DNA from: Sphagnum compactum
Lineage: Eukaryota
Length of the DNA stretch: 64,000 nucleotides
Reading direction: 5' to 3'
NCBI GenBank assembly: GCA_965153455.1
Contig: OZ234493.1
Coordinates: 35,020,213 to 35,084,212, forward strand
The notes beneath the pieces are model-generated. The model saw nothing but the letters and a program-made list of their open reading frames with translations. It was not told where the DNA came from and did no database searches. Shown piece after piece: positions 12,386 through 26,300 of the stretch. Within the stretch, counting starts at the first letter, position 1. Each line of letters opens with the position of its first letter. Position numbers and translations under genes: made by a program.

Positions 12386-15300
12386 ATGATGGACGAGTTG
12401 TTAGCGTTGGTGAGAGAGAAACAGAAAGAGAAAGAGAGGCAGAAGGAAAGAGATAAGGAGAGAGAGGTTGAGAAGGAGAAGGAGAAAGAGAAGGAGGAAG
12501 AGATGGAAGCAGTATTGTATGTGAATTGCTTGCTTCTAGGACTTGATCCATCTATTCTTGCGTCAGGAGGAGGAGGAGGAGGAGGAGTGATCAGTAATGG
12601 TAGCCGGCTGCGTGCTGGCCTTTTCCGACATCCAAATCCTCGAGTCGGAGAAGCTCTCCTTCATTTCCTCCTCTGTGCTTTGCGCGGCCCTTACCTTTCT
12701 TCCAAGGTAAGTAATTTGTTTCTTTCCTCTCTTTGCATTTCTGTTTTCTTCTTTCCTTCTCTTTGCTCTTCTCCTACTCAGTAGGAGAAAAAGGACTTTG
12801 AGTGTCTGAAAACTCGTGAATTCTGTCGCAGAACTCGAACAACTTCGTACCAGTTGAATCTCATTGCCTTCGTTTAAAGTCTTTGTTCTTTCCACAGGAC
12901 TTTGCTGGAGTGTGGCCAATCTTTGACGCTGCACAATCCCGTAACTTCCGCAAAGTAAAGCAATATTCTTCTTCACATGGACTTGCAGCATTCTTTATAT
13001 ACTCATACTCTCTTGCAGTTTTTGATGCAATTGGAACTTCTTCTTCTTCTCCTCCTTCTTATTGTTTCTGGACCGCAGTTTGTTTCTGAATTTTGCATTC
13101 AATCCTCTTGAGGTCTATTGAGGAACCTTTTCCTCAAGGCGTCGGAGGATTTGAATGCAGCAGCCAGAAGACCGACCTGAACAAGGAAGGACCGCTTCAT
13201 GTCTCTGTGACCTCTGCTGCTGCAGATAGTGCAAGGACTTATCAATGAACTGGAAGCGCAAGGAGCCTTACCACGCAGTAATTCACGAGTTTCATCTCTT
13301 GCAACATGTTGTGGACAAAGGTACGAGTGTGCAATTCTTACAAGCTCCCTTGAACAACAGGCATTTTCGGAATCTTCTTTGTGGAGAGGAAGGACTTCTT
13401 GAAGCACAAGGTATTCAACATAGCATAGATTGCACAGAGCCTCCTCAGAATCTTCTCTCACTTTGGTCCTGACAGCAGCAGCTAAGCTGGAGTTATTCTT
13501 CTCTATATATGCACCCTTGGGGTTTCTCGTTGCAGATTTGTGGAGTTGTTATGGCAATTGTCAGCACTTGCATTGCGGGAGGTGCACCAGCGAGTTTTTC
13601 CAGCAGATGTAGCTGCCAATCCTTTGCCAGCACCTCTCACAGAAATTATGTTAGAAAACTCACATGCAACTGCTCTCCTTGGAGTGACAAAGGTGACACA
13701 AAAGACCTCCACCTTTCTCAAGAGAAAAAAATGGTTTGCTTCAGAATGAAAAAGAAATACATTGTTAAGATTCTCAATGCCTACATCATCAGAAACATGT
13801 GTTTCTTCTCTAGGTCTAGATCATCATCCCTTGAGATTAGTTGTTGAATTGAACACTCACTGCTGCAAGTTCTGACATGTGGGTGGTTGAGTGTTTTGAT
13901 GTATCAGAGATTGTTTCTCTCATAATAGTGTGTGGAATCAGTCATCTTGTCCACTGTAATTTGCATGTTGCACAGTGCATGTGCTTTGAGGTTTTGGTTT
14001 TATGATAGCATTTTGGTGCTAAGTAATTTTGAGTGTTGATGCTTCTTCTTCTTTCATAAAGAGACATGGTCTCAAACCCTTTCTCTATACAACAACAACC
14101 AGACCACCTCCATATGTGTTGAGAGAATGAGCTTGCAAGATGATGATGGCAGGCTCGGATTGCTTTGGAGCGAAGGAAGTTCCTCCAAGGTGCTGCAATG
14201 GCAGTACAGAGGCAGGGTATCTGGTCAAGCTTGGCACATGACATGACTGCTGAATACCGCTCTTTGTGTTCAGAAGAGGTGCCCTTCACCCCCACAGCAA
14301 CTTGTTCTTCTATCACAAGAAAAATGCATTTTCTTGGTGTCTAGAGGTTCATGGTTTTTTAGTGTTCTGCAAAGCATGAAAGATTGTCCACACCAGATGA
14401 ACAAAAAAAACCAATTTTTTTTACTACCAATGTAGTGACAGATCTTAACTTCAAAAATCATGTCAACATTCATATCAAGATGGGTCAGGGTCTACCAGTT
14501 TGGTATATTTGTGAAGATACGCCAAAGTGCGCAACTTGTTTGCAATTTAAGCAAATGGAGGAATGAAATCATAAGTTGTGATCAATGCATTATAAGGGAT
14601 CTCAAGGTGTTTTACTTTTGAGAATGCAACAATGAAAACTAATGGTAAAGGAAAGAATAAAAAGGAGTCTACTAAAATTCCAGTCTAGAAATGATCCAAT
14701 TTCAACATAAACACACGAAACTAGATTCAAAACCTTTTCTTCAAGTCTCATTTTGAAACCATGAAGTCCTTCATTGAGTTTATAATAAGTTGAATCCAAA
14801 ATTTGAAGAATTTTAATATAATAAAAATAGATAGCAAATATTTTTGTAATTGTGTCCTTCTTTGTGTTGTTTACTAACTGGCCAGAAGAAAATGCAGGCA
14901 TATTTGGATCAAGAACTTGAAAAACTGCATCAAGAGCTGGAAGAGGATGGAAAGTTCAGGGAAAGATCTAAAGGTAACATGGCTAGAGCAAGAGCAGACA
15001 TGGCTCCTGTACATGTGCAGTCCATTCCAGTGGACCGGGCTTCTCAACTCTGGGAATCCCTTCTGGCTCATACAGGTCTGGCATTTTGGTTTTGCAATAG
15101 AATGAAAATTTCTGGTTTTTTTCTAACTTTTTTTATGGACTTATGTCTCTTGGTAGGCATTTAAATGCTGTTGGTTACACTTCGCAACTCTTATAACCTA
15201 TTTGAGTTTTCACATAGGATGGAAGTTCATTATCTTATTCTGTGAATTTTCCAGCAATTCATGGGCATTGGGCATCATTTCTTTGTGGGTATATTTTAGC

Positions 15301-17641
15301 TAAAGTCATGCTAAGTTTTTCACTCATGAAGAGGGAATTAAAGTCCAACTCTCTTGATGGGAGTTTGGATAAAACATAGTTCTGACAAGGCATGATGGCC
15401 TGTCACTTGCTCTGGCATTGCAGAGCAGAATGCAAAGCGCTTTTCTGGCCCAATTCAGGATCTAATTTCACATCAGGAACACAGGTAACCAACCACTTAA
15501 CTTACACTCTTTGCTACCTATATATCTCATCATCACATCAACCCATCAAGGTAGGAAATGGCTTGCATCTGTCAAGCACCTGTCACCTTGGACTGCGTTA
15601 ATATGGCACCTAATTATAAACACCATGAATGTCAATATCTACACTTATTTTTCAACATGTGTGATAAATTCTCACAATTGATAAATATATTTTTTAAATT
15701 CATAATTGGAAACAACGTTTCATATTATATTTTCAAATGCTTTTAATAATAATAAAATGTCAAGATTTTTCATGGACATGTAAAGAAAACATGTTTATGA
15801 AATCTACCTTTGAAGTAATCAACAAATACCTTCTCTTGACACTGATGTCATTTTCATAGAAATGTAAAGTCATCCTAGATTTTTTTTAGCATCTGCCCTT
15901 GGTTCCAGCATGTAATGCCCTGACAGCAGGGCTTTCCCTTACTCATGTAGATGATCACCCTGTGCATTGATCCAGGGCTGTCGTCATATAAGTCGAAACT
16001 AAGTTTCACATTATTTAAAGCCTGACCTTCATCCAAATTACTCTTTACAAGCCATTATACTTCTGCTGGTAAACCTGTTCTAATCACATCCAAATTTGCC
16101 TTATATTTGCAGGTATAGAATAGATGGAGCAGTGTTACGTGCAGCAATGATGGATTGTGACTCTAATAGTCTCCATGCAGACATGTCTCTTGACGATGTG
16201 AACCACAAGCTGATCCAGGGTGAAGAGAAAGGAGGGCTTAGGCATTCACATAGCAGTGAACCAACAACTGAAGGATTGCTAACAATTGAAGAAACACACA
16301 GTACAAGTGACAATAATACTGCTGCCAAAGACATTGCTCACTTGGATGTAGCTGAAGTCCTGCAAAGTTGGACTAGTGCATTGCAGCAAATTCATAAGCA
16401 AATTGTTTGTTCGGTACGGTTTTTTCTCGGGACCAATGTTGTAATCACATATTGCAAAACCCCAAATTTCAGTAGAAAATATCAGTAGGAGTTTTAACTA
16501 GTATCTAAACAAGTTATGATTTTTGTGATTGGCTAAGGTCACGGCATTTTTTTGGATGTTGAAGGCCAGGGTGAACGATGGATCATCAGCACCACAACTC
16601 ATAAAAAATTTGTTGGAAGGAGAGGAAAATTCATATATACATGCATTGCATGGAACTTTGGCAGAGAATAGACAACGCCTAATTAACATTGAGGTACCTT
16701 CTGCAGCTCTCAGCTCTTGTCGTTGTTCTGGGCACTCTTGTACCTGGTGACCTTGGTTGCAATCATGCTTTTGGAAAAGCTATGTTGAATGGAATTTGTC
16801 TTTGTTTCTCCTTGTAGCATCAGAGAGGCAGTAGAAAAGCCTAAAATTGTGAGATCATCCCTGACAATTGACAATGATCTGGGAACAAAATGCTTACCTG
16901 TTGAAGTTCAATGGGGGCTTTCTCCTCATTTCTTCAATGTGGTAGGGGAAGGCAGGTCCAGAGAGGGGGTTACTCTGTTGTTTGAGGGCATGGCAACAAG
17001 GATGGTAGCCCCAGTTCTCAAGCCCAAGAACAATATAAACCGCAATGTCTGCCTTTCTTCCCCTACATATGCTGTCCAAGAGGCACTTCAATCATTTCTG
17101 AGTGGCCTCCAAATCTAGGAGGATGATTACCTGCAAATACTAAAGAAAAAGTAGGTCATATGTAGGACCCTAAAACACCTTCTGTTCAGGGCCTAATGTC
17201 ATGGAGTTTGGGTCCTAAATCCAGATCTCGATTTGGGTCCTAGATATCCTTTATGACCCAAAAGTCAGGGTGTTAGCATTTCACAGACCAAAGTCTTCAA
17301 ATTAGTAAAATTAGGTTCTGAATCTAAATGCCTAATGATTAGCCAGATTTAGTGATTTACAAAAAATCTTACCGTTGTGGATTTACTTGGAGGACCAGGT
17401 GCTGATGGAGCAATTGAAAGAGACAATGGCTGGTATGAAGGAAGTCATATCTAGTCTGCAGAAGCAAGTTTACAGCCCAGATGTCATATCTGACTCCAGT
17501 GCTGCTGAGTCTCCACTTTGTGGGCCTTTCTCCCCTAGTCAAGCATCAATCTCAACAAGGGTACTTAGGGGGGAACAGCTTACACCTTGCCCTCAGTCAT
17601 CATCCCTTGTCACTGAAAGAAGGTGCTCTTTTTCCTCCTGA
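12386..17641 (+). CDS. AUG6: AUGMIN subunit 6 (HAUS6), 10 reconstructed exons, ~555 aa; 3' end uncertain
   Basis: Exons 12386-12706, 12898-12954, 13226-13320, 13536-13692, 14153-14278, 14898-15075, 15424-15484, 16113-16413, 16565-16693, 17399-17641, all phase-consistent. Motifs [65 protein letters not shown] and [11 protein letters not shown] match plant AUG6. Confidence 0.92.
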
Positions 17642-18298
17642 CAAATAAATCGTCGAAAGTTTGAATCCCCTGTGCATTTGTTGTAGGTGCATATTTTTCA
17701 TTGCACAATTGTCATCACCTAGGAGAGATTCCACCATTACCCCTTAAGCTTCTTAGGGTCAATTGCATTTGTCAAATGCATGCAATAGACAATAGAGGAC
17801 CACGAGGTCTAGCAAGAAGCCTTCTGAGTACATTACAATGTGGTAGAATCTCTCCCTAGTGCTGATAACACCACATAATGGCCATTGGTCAACCCAGGTT
17901 GCCATCACCCACTGCTCAGCTGAGTCCTCGCAATGGCCATTACCTAACACATACTCTACAGAGCTGATGCAAACGGTTTGAAAGAGCTATCTGGAGTATC
18001 TCTCACCAAGAGATGAGGGAGAAGGGAAAATGGTCTAATGCTACAGTGTTTTTGTTTTGTTGGCTCTGCCTGCAAAGGGAAGAACAAGGAACAAAAGAGT
18101 TGTTATCCATGAAGTCACCCTGTCTTTGGGACCTAGTTTGATCCTCTACTCCCTGCTTCATCCCCAATCTTAGGGTATCCATAGATTAAGCAAAATTGTG
18201 CACCAGTACATGGAACTGGTTATCGGTTCAGAAGATTTGCAGGATCTTATTCTGACAAAAGCTTGATTTAATGGAGAATCTGGGCAGGTAATGCAAAT

Positions 18299-18444
18299 CC
18301 CAAAACTGGGGGTCAAGCTCCCCTGAGGACCAATTACGAAGGTGAGAAAACTAATTTTGGTCCCCTGTTTTATTCGTGTGTACTATTTTCATGCTCACTT
18401 CTCATTTTCTCACCCAAACCGGGGCTTAGTAGACCCAGTTTGGG
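18299..18444. mobile_element. Possible small MITE-like element
   Basis: Imperfect terminal inverted repeats cccaaaactggg...ggtgagaaaa and ttttctcacc...cccagtttgggg; no target-site duplication verified. Confidence 0.3.
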
Positions 18445-18615
18445 GTACTTCAAGGATAACTCTAATATAGTTTTCAATTTGTCCTGCATTTTTCTCAGGA
18501 ATATGCAGCAGGTGTTACTGTGCACTATGAGTTCCACTGTTTGGGAATCTCATGGAGCATTCAAATCTCATTCAAATCTCCTTCTGTTTTGAACTTGCCA
18601 TAAGGGGCAGAGTCA

Positions 18616-18740
18616 TTAGGTTGTGAGCCTTTTATATTGTTGATCCACTTGCAGGGAGAAGGACCACATTGAGGAGTGGAGGAATTCAGTAGGTTGTGAG
18701 CCTTTTATATTGTTGATCCACTTACAGGGAGAAGGACCAC
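18616..18740. repeat. Direct duplication of ~52 bp
   Basis: taggttgtgagccttttatattgttgatccactt(g/a)cagggagaaggaccac at ~18617 and ~18690. Confidence 0.85.
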
Positions 18741-20104
18741 CCCGCCTGGATACTAGTTCACATGCCCACACGTACCATGGAAAGAACATCTTCCCGAGCA
18801 CCCATAGGAAGAAGAAGACTCAGCCAAGCCAACCTCCGCCATGGAATCACAGCTGTTCTTCCATGCAGTATTTGGGTGGGATGCAAGAACAGGACAGCTC
18901 TAGAGAGTCACTGATACTATTTCTAGGAGTTCTGGAAGTGAAGAACCCACAAGGTGATAGATATCTTTCCGCCAACAACATTACTGACTGAGGCTTCCAT
19001 CAGCATGGCTGAGTCTTCCAGTTGCGTCTGGAAGCCTGAAGTTTTTCGGCATCCTAGAGTTCTTCACACCTTGAAGGTTGCAATGCATTGAAGCTCAACG
19101 CCTTGAAGTTCTTGTCAATACGCACACATAAAAAATCCCATCATTATCTACAACTTTGTGAATTTACAACAAGTATTCCAATTGAATTACCCCGTGCATT
19201 GAATGTGAAATTTTGGAGGTCGCTCTTGTACCCACTTCGTGAACTGAATGTGATAGTCTTTTGTCAAATGTTGATATGGTTGGAAAAATTATCGACATCA
19301 GTATTATTTTGCTGGCATAAGCTTTTGTCGTTCATTTAACTAGTGGTTACTTGGATACATTGATACAAGTTGTGCCTAGGCACCTCTTCCTCTTCACATT
19401 TTGCATACACATTGTGAATGAGCAATGCATTCCTTGATGCAAAGAAGTTTGCCATGAGATAAACCTCATACAATGGTCCCTCCCACTTGATAATAATGAG
19501 AAATTTCCAATGTTAGGAGGGCCCATCATCCAAGGTCCACTCACACTTTATTGGAAGCAAGGACTTTACAACTCGGACCTCAAGCTCCACCTTTAGGTGT
19601 AGGGTTTTATGCCCTTGGTCCTATGGCTTTGCCCTACACTTCAAAGTGGGAGGGAACTTACTCTTAAGAGTGAGAGGGATCTTACACCTATATAGGCATA
19701 AGAACATTTCCCCTTTCCTATGCCTCATGATCTAAGGTATGTTTAAGGTCATGATAGCATTCCCTTTGTGCTTTTAAGATGAGTAAAGCCTAGGTCTCAT
19801 CCTAGGCCCCTTATGCTCTCATCCTAGGCCCCTTATAGGCCTAGAGATGGTATCATCCTAGGCCCCTTATTTTGAGTACGCCCCTACCTTAGGGCTTTAG
19901 GTCCCCTACACTTTACCGCCTGTTTTGCTAACTTTCGCAGCACTCTTGGGAGCGCGTTCGAGGAAACGGTGGGAAGATTTCTGGGTTCCTTCGTGTTTTC
20001 GGAGCTCGTTTTCCGCGTTGCGCCGGAGACGACGCCCTGTTTGGAAGAGGTGTGTATTTGCTTGTTGTCTAGTTTTGCATTCGGTTGAGAAGAGAAGGAA
20101 AGTA

Positions 20105-22368
20105 ATGGCGGCAGCGTTTTTCAATGATCTTAGCAACAAGTTCAGTTCCATTTTTGGAGCTGGTGACTCCTTGCCATGGACAGATGCAGAGATGATCATG
20201 GTAAGTTCTCTGTTTTGTTTTGTTTTGTTTCTTCTTGTTCTTGTTCTCGTTCTTCTCCTTTTGTTTTGTGGTTCAGTTTGCGGGGAGTTTTTTCTCTCTT
20301 TTTTTGGTTTTTTTTTTGGTTTAGTTTGTATGGAGTTTTTCATCTTTTATGGCAACCGTAGGAGTAGTAGCTGAACGAGGATCTGGTTTTGTTGACGACG
20401 TGACGAGGATCTGGTTTTTGCCTACATCCCTTGTTGTGGAGTTACGGTGTGGTTGGACTGGAATTTTGTCTTGGAATGTTTTCTTCAGCCTTTCTTGGCA
20501 TTCATGGAGTAGTAGCTGAACAAGGGTCTTGTTTCGTTGTCGAAGAGACAAGGATTTGGATTTTGCCTACATCCATGATGGTAGAATTACCGTGTGCTGC
20601 TGGCGCTGGAATTGTGTCTTTTGGACTTCTCTTGGCTCACAGCCTCCCCAATCTTGTTCAAAAATGTTTTCTGTTTTTTTCTTTTTCTTTTGTGTCTCTC
20701 TTTTGCCGAATGAAGAAGAGAGGTTTTTTTTGTATACACAACACTTCTTTGACTGGAAGATACCTACATGGAAGTTTTGTTTTCAAGAGTGAGGTTTTAC
20801 CTCAGAAGGTACTTTACAAAAGGAGCTTGAAAGGGAAACAAGAAGCGTAAGCCAATGAGACCTCATGGTCTAACTTTGATAAGAATGGCAATACAGAGCT
20901 GTGAGCAGGAAGCATTTGGCGAGAAGTCAGGCATGTCGAAGGGTGACAACAGTGAAAGCATTATGAGGCTGATATGGGCCTTGGTCCATTCTCAGAATCC
21001 AACTGATGTTCAGCGGGGTATTGCCATGCTTGAAGGTTCTTTACTCTCCCTTTTGGTCAACCCCTGTATTCCTTCTTTCTCTCTTTAGATCTGAATTTCT
21101 TCTTTTGATCTCTTTTTGGTGTATCAAGCTCCTGAATCCTTTTCCAAAAACAACTTCAGTAGCATCTTCACTTCTTCTATATAGTTTTGCAGTGCTTGTT
21201 ATTTTTGTCATTTTTGCAAGAGGTGACAGAATCTTGCCTTATGGGGTTTGCTTGATTACATGACATTTATCTTGCCAGACATACCTTCTTTTTTGATGTA
21301 TGTGTGGATACAAGTCCCAAGTGACTGTTCAATGTTTTGCTTGAGATTGTCAAATCACTAACATTTAGTGGATTTGTATGCAGCATCCTTGCGTGGACTA
21401 GGAGTTGAAATGGAGAGAAGGGAGGTCTTATATATGCTAGCAGTGGGTCAATATCGAACTGGTGAATATGTAAGGAGCCGCCAGCTCCTTGACCAAGCTC
21501 TCCAGGTTACCAGAACCTCCACCAATCTTCTTCAGTACCTATCAATTGTCTTAACATTATAAAATATATTCTGTTCAGTATTTTCGGTTAGGTTTGAATT
21601 CTTAAGTGCACATCTATATCTATTGTGTGCATACCAATTGTGGAAAGGTTCGTATGTGGCCCACTTAGGTCAGCACAGGCCTCAATTGTGGTTTACTCTG
21701 CAGATTGCCCCCAACTTCAGACAGGCAGCAACTTTGAAGTCATTGGTCGAGGACAAAATTGCTAAAGGTAGATCAGTATCTTGTATTCTGGCTTTGTTGT
21801 GGTTACAAGTATGAAGCCTTTGTTATGAAGGGTGGTTGTGGCTTTGCCGAAAGTATGTTCACTCACAGAAGTTCACTTTCAGAAGAAGATTTGAACTATT
21901 TCTATTCTATATGCTGTCTTGCTTTAGTTTGTTATGGGGAGCATCCTAGATATAGTGGACACGCCAGATCTCCCATATGAACTCCAAACTTATGCACCCT
22001 AGGCTGAAAATATTCTTGGGATATAACGTCCAAGATAATGGTGCTGCAAAGACACATACAGCCCACTTCCAAAGGAGGCAGTAGCTACAATGTAGGAAAG
22101 AAACTGTTACAAATGCCAGCTCTAGGGATATACCATCAAGGGTTTTCTAGTTTGTTATGTTCATCCTTGAAGTAGACAACTATGCAATCATGAGCATGTC
22201 AGTGGAATCATCATGTTGTCACACACGAAGATTTGTGAAGTGGGTTACATTGTGGGTCTGGGCTGTGTGGAAACAGATGGGTTGGTGGGGGTAGGCTTGG
22301 CGGCAGCAGCAGCAGGTGTAGTGGCCAGTGGAATTGCAGCTATTGTACTGGGATCTCGCAGACGGTAA
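20105..22368 (+). CDS. FIS1: Mitochondrial/peroxisomal fission protein FIS1, 5 exons, 170 aa
   Basis: Exons 20105-20200, 20897-21035, 21384-21505, 21704-21767, 22277-22368. Motifs DSLPWTD, MRLIWALVHS..DVQRGIAMLE, REVLYMLAVGQYRTGEY, APNFRQA, then a C-terminal TM anchor DGLVGVGLAAAAAGVVASGIAAIVLG followed by SRRR. Confidence 0.96.
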
Positions 22369-23320
22369 TTTTTTTTTTACAAAGCGGATTTTTCTCAACT
22401 TGGAGCAACCACTTTTGCCAAATTCCTGAGTTGAGTCTGAATGTCAAATAGCTTCCATGACAGTTTGCACAGGAACTTCTCCAAACTGTTATAAATATCA
22501 CCGTCCTTATGATGTCATACTTTTGTAAGGATGGTGTGTAAGATGCCCTAGAAGTGTACTTCAAAGAACAAATGGGTCAGAGAGTTACAATGCTTGCATG
22601 GTATACTAGCAAGTTACAGTGGAGGCTCACAGCCAGCTAAAGTGCCTGGCTAACATTTGTGGAGTTGTTTTTAAATAACAGAAAGGTTCATTTTAGAGTT
22701 TCCAGTAGTCTCCTTTTAACAGGAGGCCAGAAAGTAGTTTGTATGTATCTTTGGATAGATGTTCTTAATGGCAAAACTGTTTTTTGTTTTCTCTCCAGGG
22801 ATATAGTGCTTTTGCCTACTCTTGAATTACCAATTTGCATACGGTGAATAGATGGTATTAAAATACATGACAGTAGTGCTTGAAATTGCCTATGTGGACA
22901 TGTAACTTTAAATCTCATCTTAAAATTGGACCATCAACAGATCTACCGTTTATAGTTTGTCAGGCTACTTCACAAGGATCCCTTGTTTCAATTCTTCATT
23001 TTACTCACTTCGGTTTTGTCATGGGACCATGATGAGTGCTTTCATCAGCCATGGCCAACCATGATCCATTCCAAACATCACCACCAAAGCTATTATGCAA
23101 GTGAAGGGCAAGAGAGGTAAATTTGTCCAAATGAAGAACAAATGAGTTGTTGAGCTTTCACCGAAGATATCTAACAAGGAGGATTTTGTTTGTACACATC
23201 AACAAAACTTCTGCAGCAAATTCATGGGCAAGAAATTCTCACAACTAACTATCCACATGTTATGTGTAAGTAAAACTCACACATTGTTTATTACATCATT
23301 CACAAACATAGATCTTTTTC

Positions 23321-26300
23321 TTACAGTTTCTCCAGAGGCTGCAGTTTGCAAGCAGCAGCAGAGTCGAGCAACCATGTATGGGCAGAAGCCACCGCCCCTG
23401 CGGCAGCTGCGATTGCATCAGCCTCATGCATTCGCAGCAGTAATGACCTCCCACTGTCTTCAATAGCCCTACCTGCTGGCACTTCAGCATTATAAATTAC
23501 AATAGTGCGCTTTTGTTGCGAAGGCTGTTGTTTCTTCTCCTGTGGAGATTGCAATGATGGAAGTGGCTTTCTGTGAAGGACCGTTCCCCCCCCCAAAATA
23601 GCCAGAGCTTGCAGGTCAGCCTTGTATGATGAAGCCACAAAATCCCCACAGAAGTAGAAGTTGAAACGTGTGAAGAGCTTGGGTGCCTGTAGAAACACAT
23701 GCCAGGTCAGGACTGAAAGCTAGACAAGACAGATGAGGCATCTACTTTGAGTCACGGAACACCAAGTTGATGGCAGAGAGTTTGGATGCTCCTTCCCTAA
23801 CCATTTTTGTCCATGAGATTAACACCACCCATATGAAAAAGCATCAAAAATTTCCGAGTTCAAAAGACATTGTCCATTGTGGAATTGCCTTATGTTCTGA
23901 CCACCTATCTGAGAATTTCTTTGGGATGGGCATGTGGAGTGACACTATTTAGATCCATGCCAGGACCTAAATATATCAACCAGGAATTAATTACCTTTGC
24001 TGCTGCCAGGGCACGTCCATGCTTTGGACCATTAACAGTTCCATGGATATCAGACTTCACCTCAAACGCATCCTCTTTGATGCCATGACCTGCTGCCACG
24101 CATGCTAGCATCCCTACCCATCCCATCACCCAGCTTTAATATGTGTTCCATATACAGGAACATTTCACACTGCTTCTGTGATTGACTTTCACCTCTTTAG
24201 GAGATGAAGTTGCAACTATTTCAAAGAACTAAATCCACAAAGGGACGATCCATTTCCCAAAGATTGAAGGCATGGAAAGTGAAGAACAGAGGACTTACAA
24301 TCAGCTTGCACAATCCACTTTCCTTCCAATATTGCCATCAAATATTTCAAAGTCCGGCGGGCTGCACCTTGCTCATCAGTACCAGCTATCACATGGGTCA
24401 CATTTGAACTCCACACTTTCACCAAAGAAGCACCAGTGAGTACAGAAAATTCAGCTAGTCGTTCCTGCAGCCATAAAGCATGTTTCCACAGTTACGAGAC
24501 TCCTGACAGCAGAACTTCAAACATTGCACCAGATGATGACTATGCATTTGATAAAGAGGTATTATTGAGGCTTCATTTTGAATACCAAATCTGCAATTGA
24601 TATAGATCTGAGCTTAGTTGTACAAATACCTTCTCTCTGGAATCCAATGCAGATCCACACAGAACCCACTTGCAAGCTGGACCTGGGGGCCATTTCTGCA
24701 TGTGTGAAGGATGTGATGGGGTCAAGCCACCAGCATGGGAACCCATCAGACCTTGTGAAGCTTTCACACCTGACTCCACCAAGGGCCTCAGTCCCTTGGC
24801 AGGTAGCTGTACAGCAGTAAGAGATCCATTCTTCTTCTTATTCACACCTGGAAACTTGCTCTCCACATGGTCGGGACAAAGTATAACAAAGTTCTTCTGC
24901 AGGCAACAAATAAGATTCAGGGAAGAGCTAAATCTACAAAAGAAGGAGCATCAACACAGCTCCGTCTCCACTCAGAACTTCTTTAATTCCCCATTCCTTT
25001 CCCTGTTTCCTGCTTCCACAATGTCAATTCACATGTCGAGTTTGAATTCTTACAAGTTGCCAGCGGCAAGGGAGAGCTCGAGCACAGGAGTAGTGGAAGC
25101 TCTTGTGGCAGCGTGCAATGCTGCACCCAAGTGCTGCACCCTTCTTCCCACAACTGCTGCACTTGATTTTCTGACCCCTTGTAACTTCACTACTCAAGTT
25201 GCAGATCTTGTCACCCTCAAAGTAAACCTCTGGTGCCCTGAAAATCACTATCCCAAAATGTAAACAGAGTGAACCTGTCTAAAAACTTCTGCACCCCCCA
25301 CCAAAAGGAAAGAGAACAAGAGGAGATAACTGACAGAATTCCTCTGGCACTCATTCTCACAGTCCAGCCGCAGAAGATGTCCTTCAACTAGAGAACAATA
25401 GAGCTAAACTACCTTCAACAGCCTGCTCTTGGTCTCTGAGCATAGATTTATGCAAGGAGAAAAGGTAATGTCACCTACCATTCTGCACAAAGCTTGTGGA
25501 CATACACTTGCCGTGGCCCTTCCTCATACATTATCATTGGCCCTGCCTCCTGCATGTTTTGCAATTGTATCCAACACTTGCATAAGAGAACTCACCCTCT
25601 GCTTCTTTCAAGTACAGACACCACAGCTCAAGGTGACTGGATAGATGAAGACACAGTTCAGCAGAGGCATCTGTCATGCTGGATCCCATTAGTAACTTCT
25701 ATGCTGAGAGGAGTAGGGTGACTTTAGCTAACCTTAGAGTCACCTGGCAATTTACAGAATGCACAAAGACTTGCTGTTTGTAACCCTGCACCCTTTCTTC
25801 CCCCTTTGTTTGCTTGTTGGAGCTCCTTTTCTCCATCATACATACTGCCAGCATTTCCACATGCATCTTCACTCCCAACAACCGTAGCTGTGGCAGCAAG
25901 AGCATCCATTTGGCTATCTTTCTTTCCAATCAAGCTTCTCTGAACAACACTTGCAGTATGATCTTCAGCAGGCACTGCTGGATCTGATATTCTGTCCAAA
26001 ACTGATGTTTTCCTTCTCTTTCTTCTTTCCCTCTCCATTGGTTTCTGGCCAAGGGGCATTGATTCAATAATCTGTGTCGAAGGATCATCTGTTGAACCAC
26101 AAGTTCTGTTGGATTCTGCTCCTGGCCACGATGCTTTCTCTGACAATTTCTGGTACTTTGTTCTGCTTGTATTTCTATGTAGTAAACTCTCTGAGACAAG
26201 ATCTTGTGGTTTTTCAGGATGCTGTTTCAGAAGAATTTCAGTTGTTTCTGTTCTTGGTGGCGTTTTCAATAATGGACCAACCTTCTGTTTCTGAGGCAAC

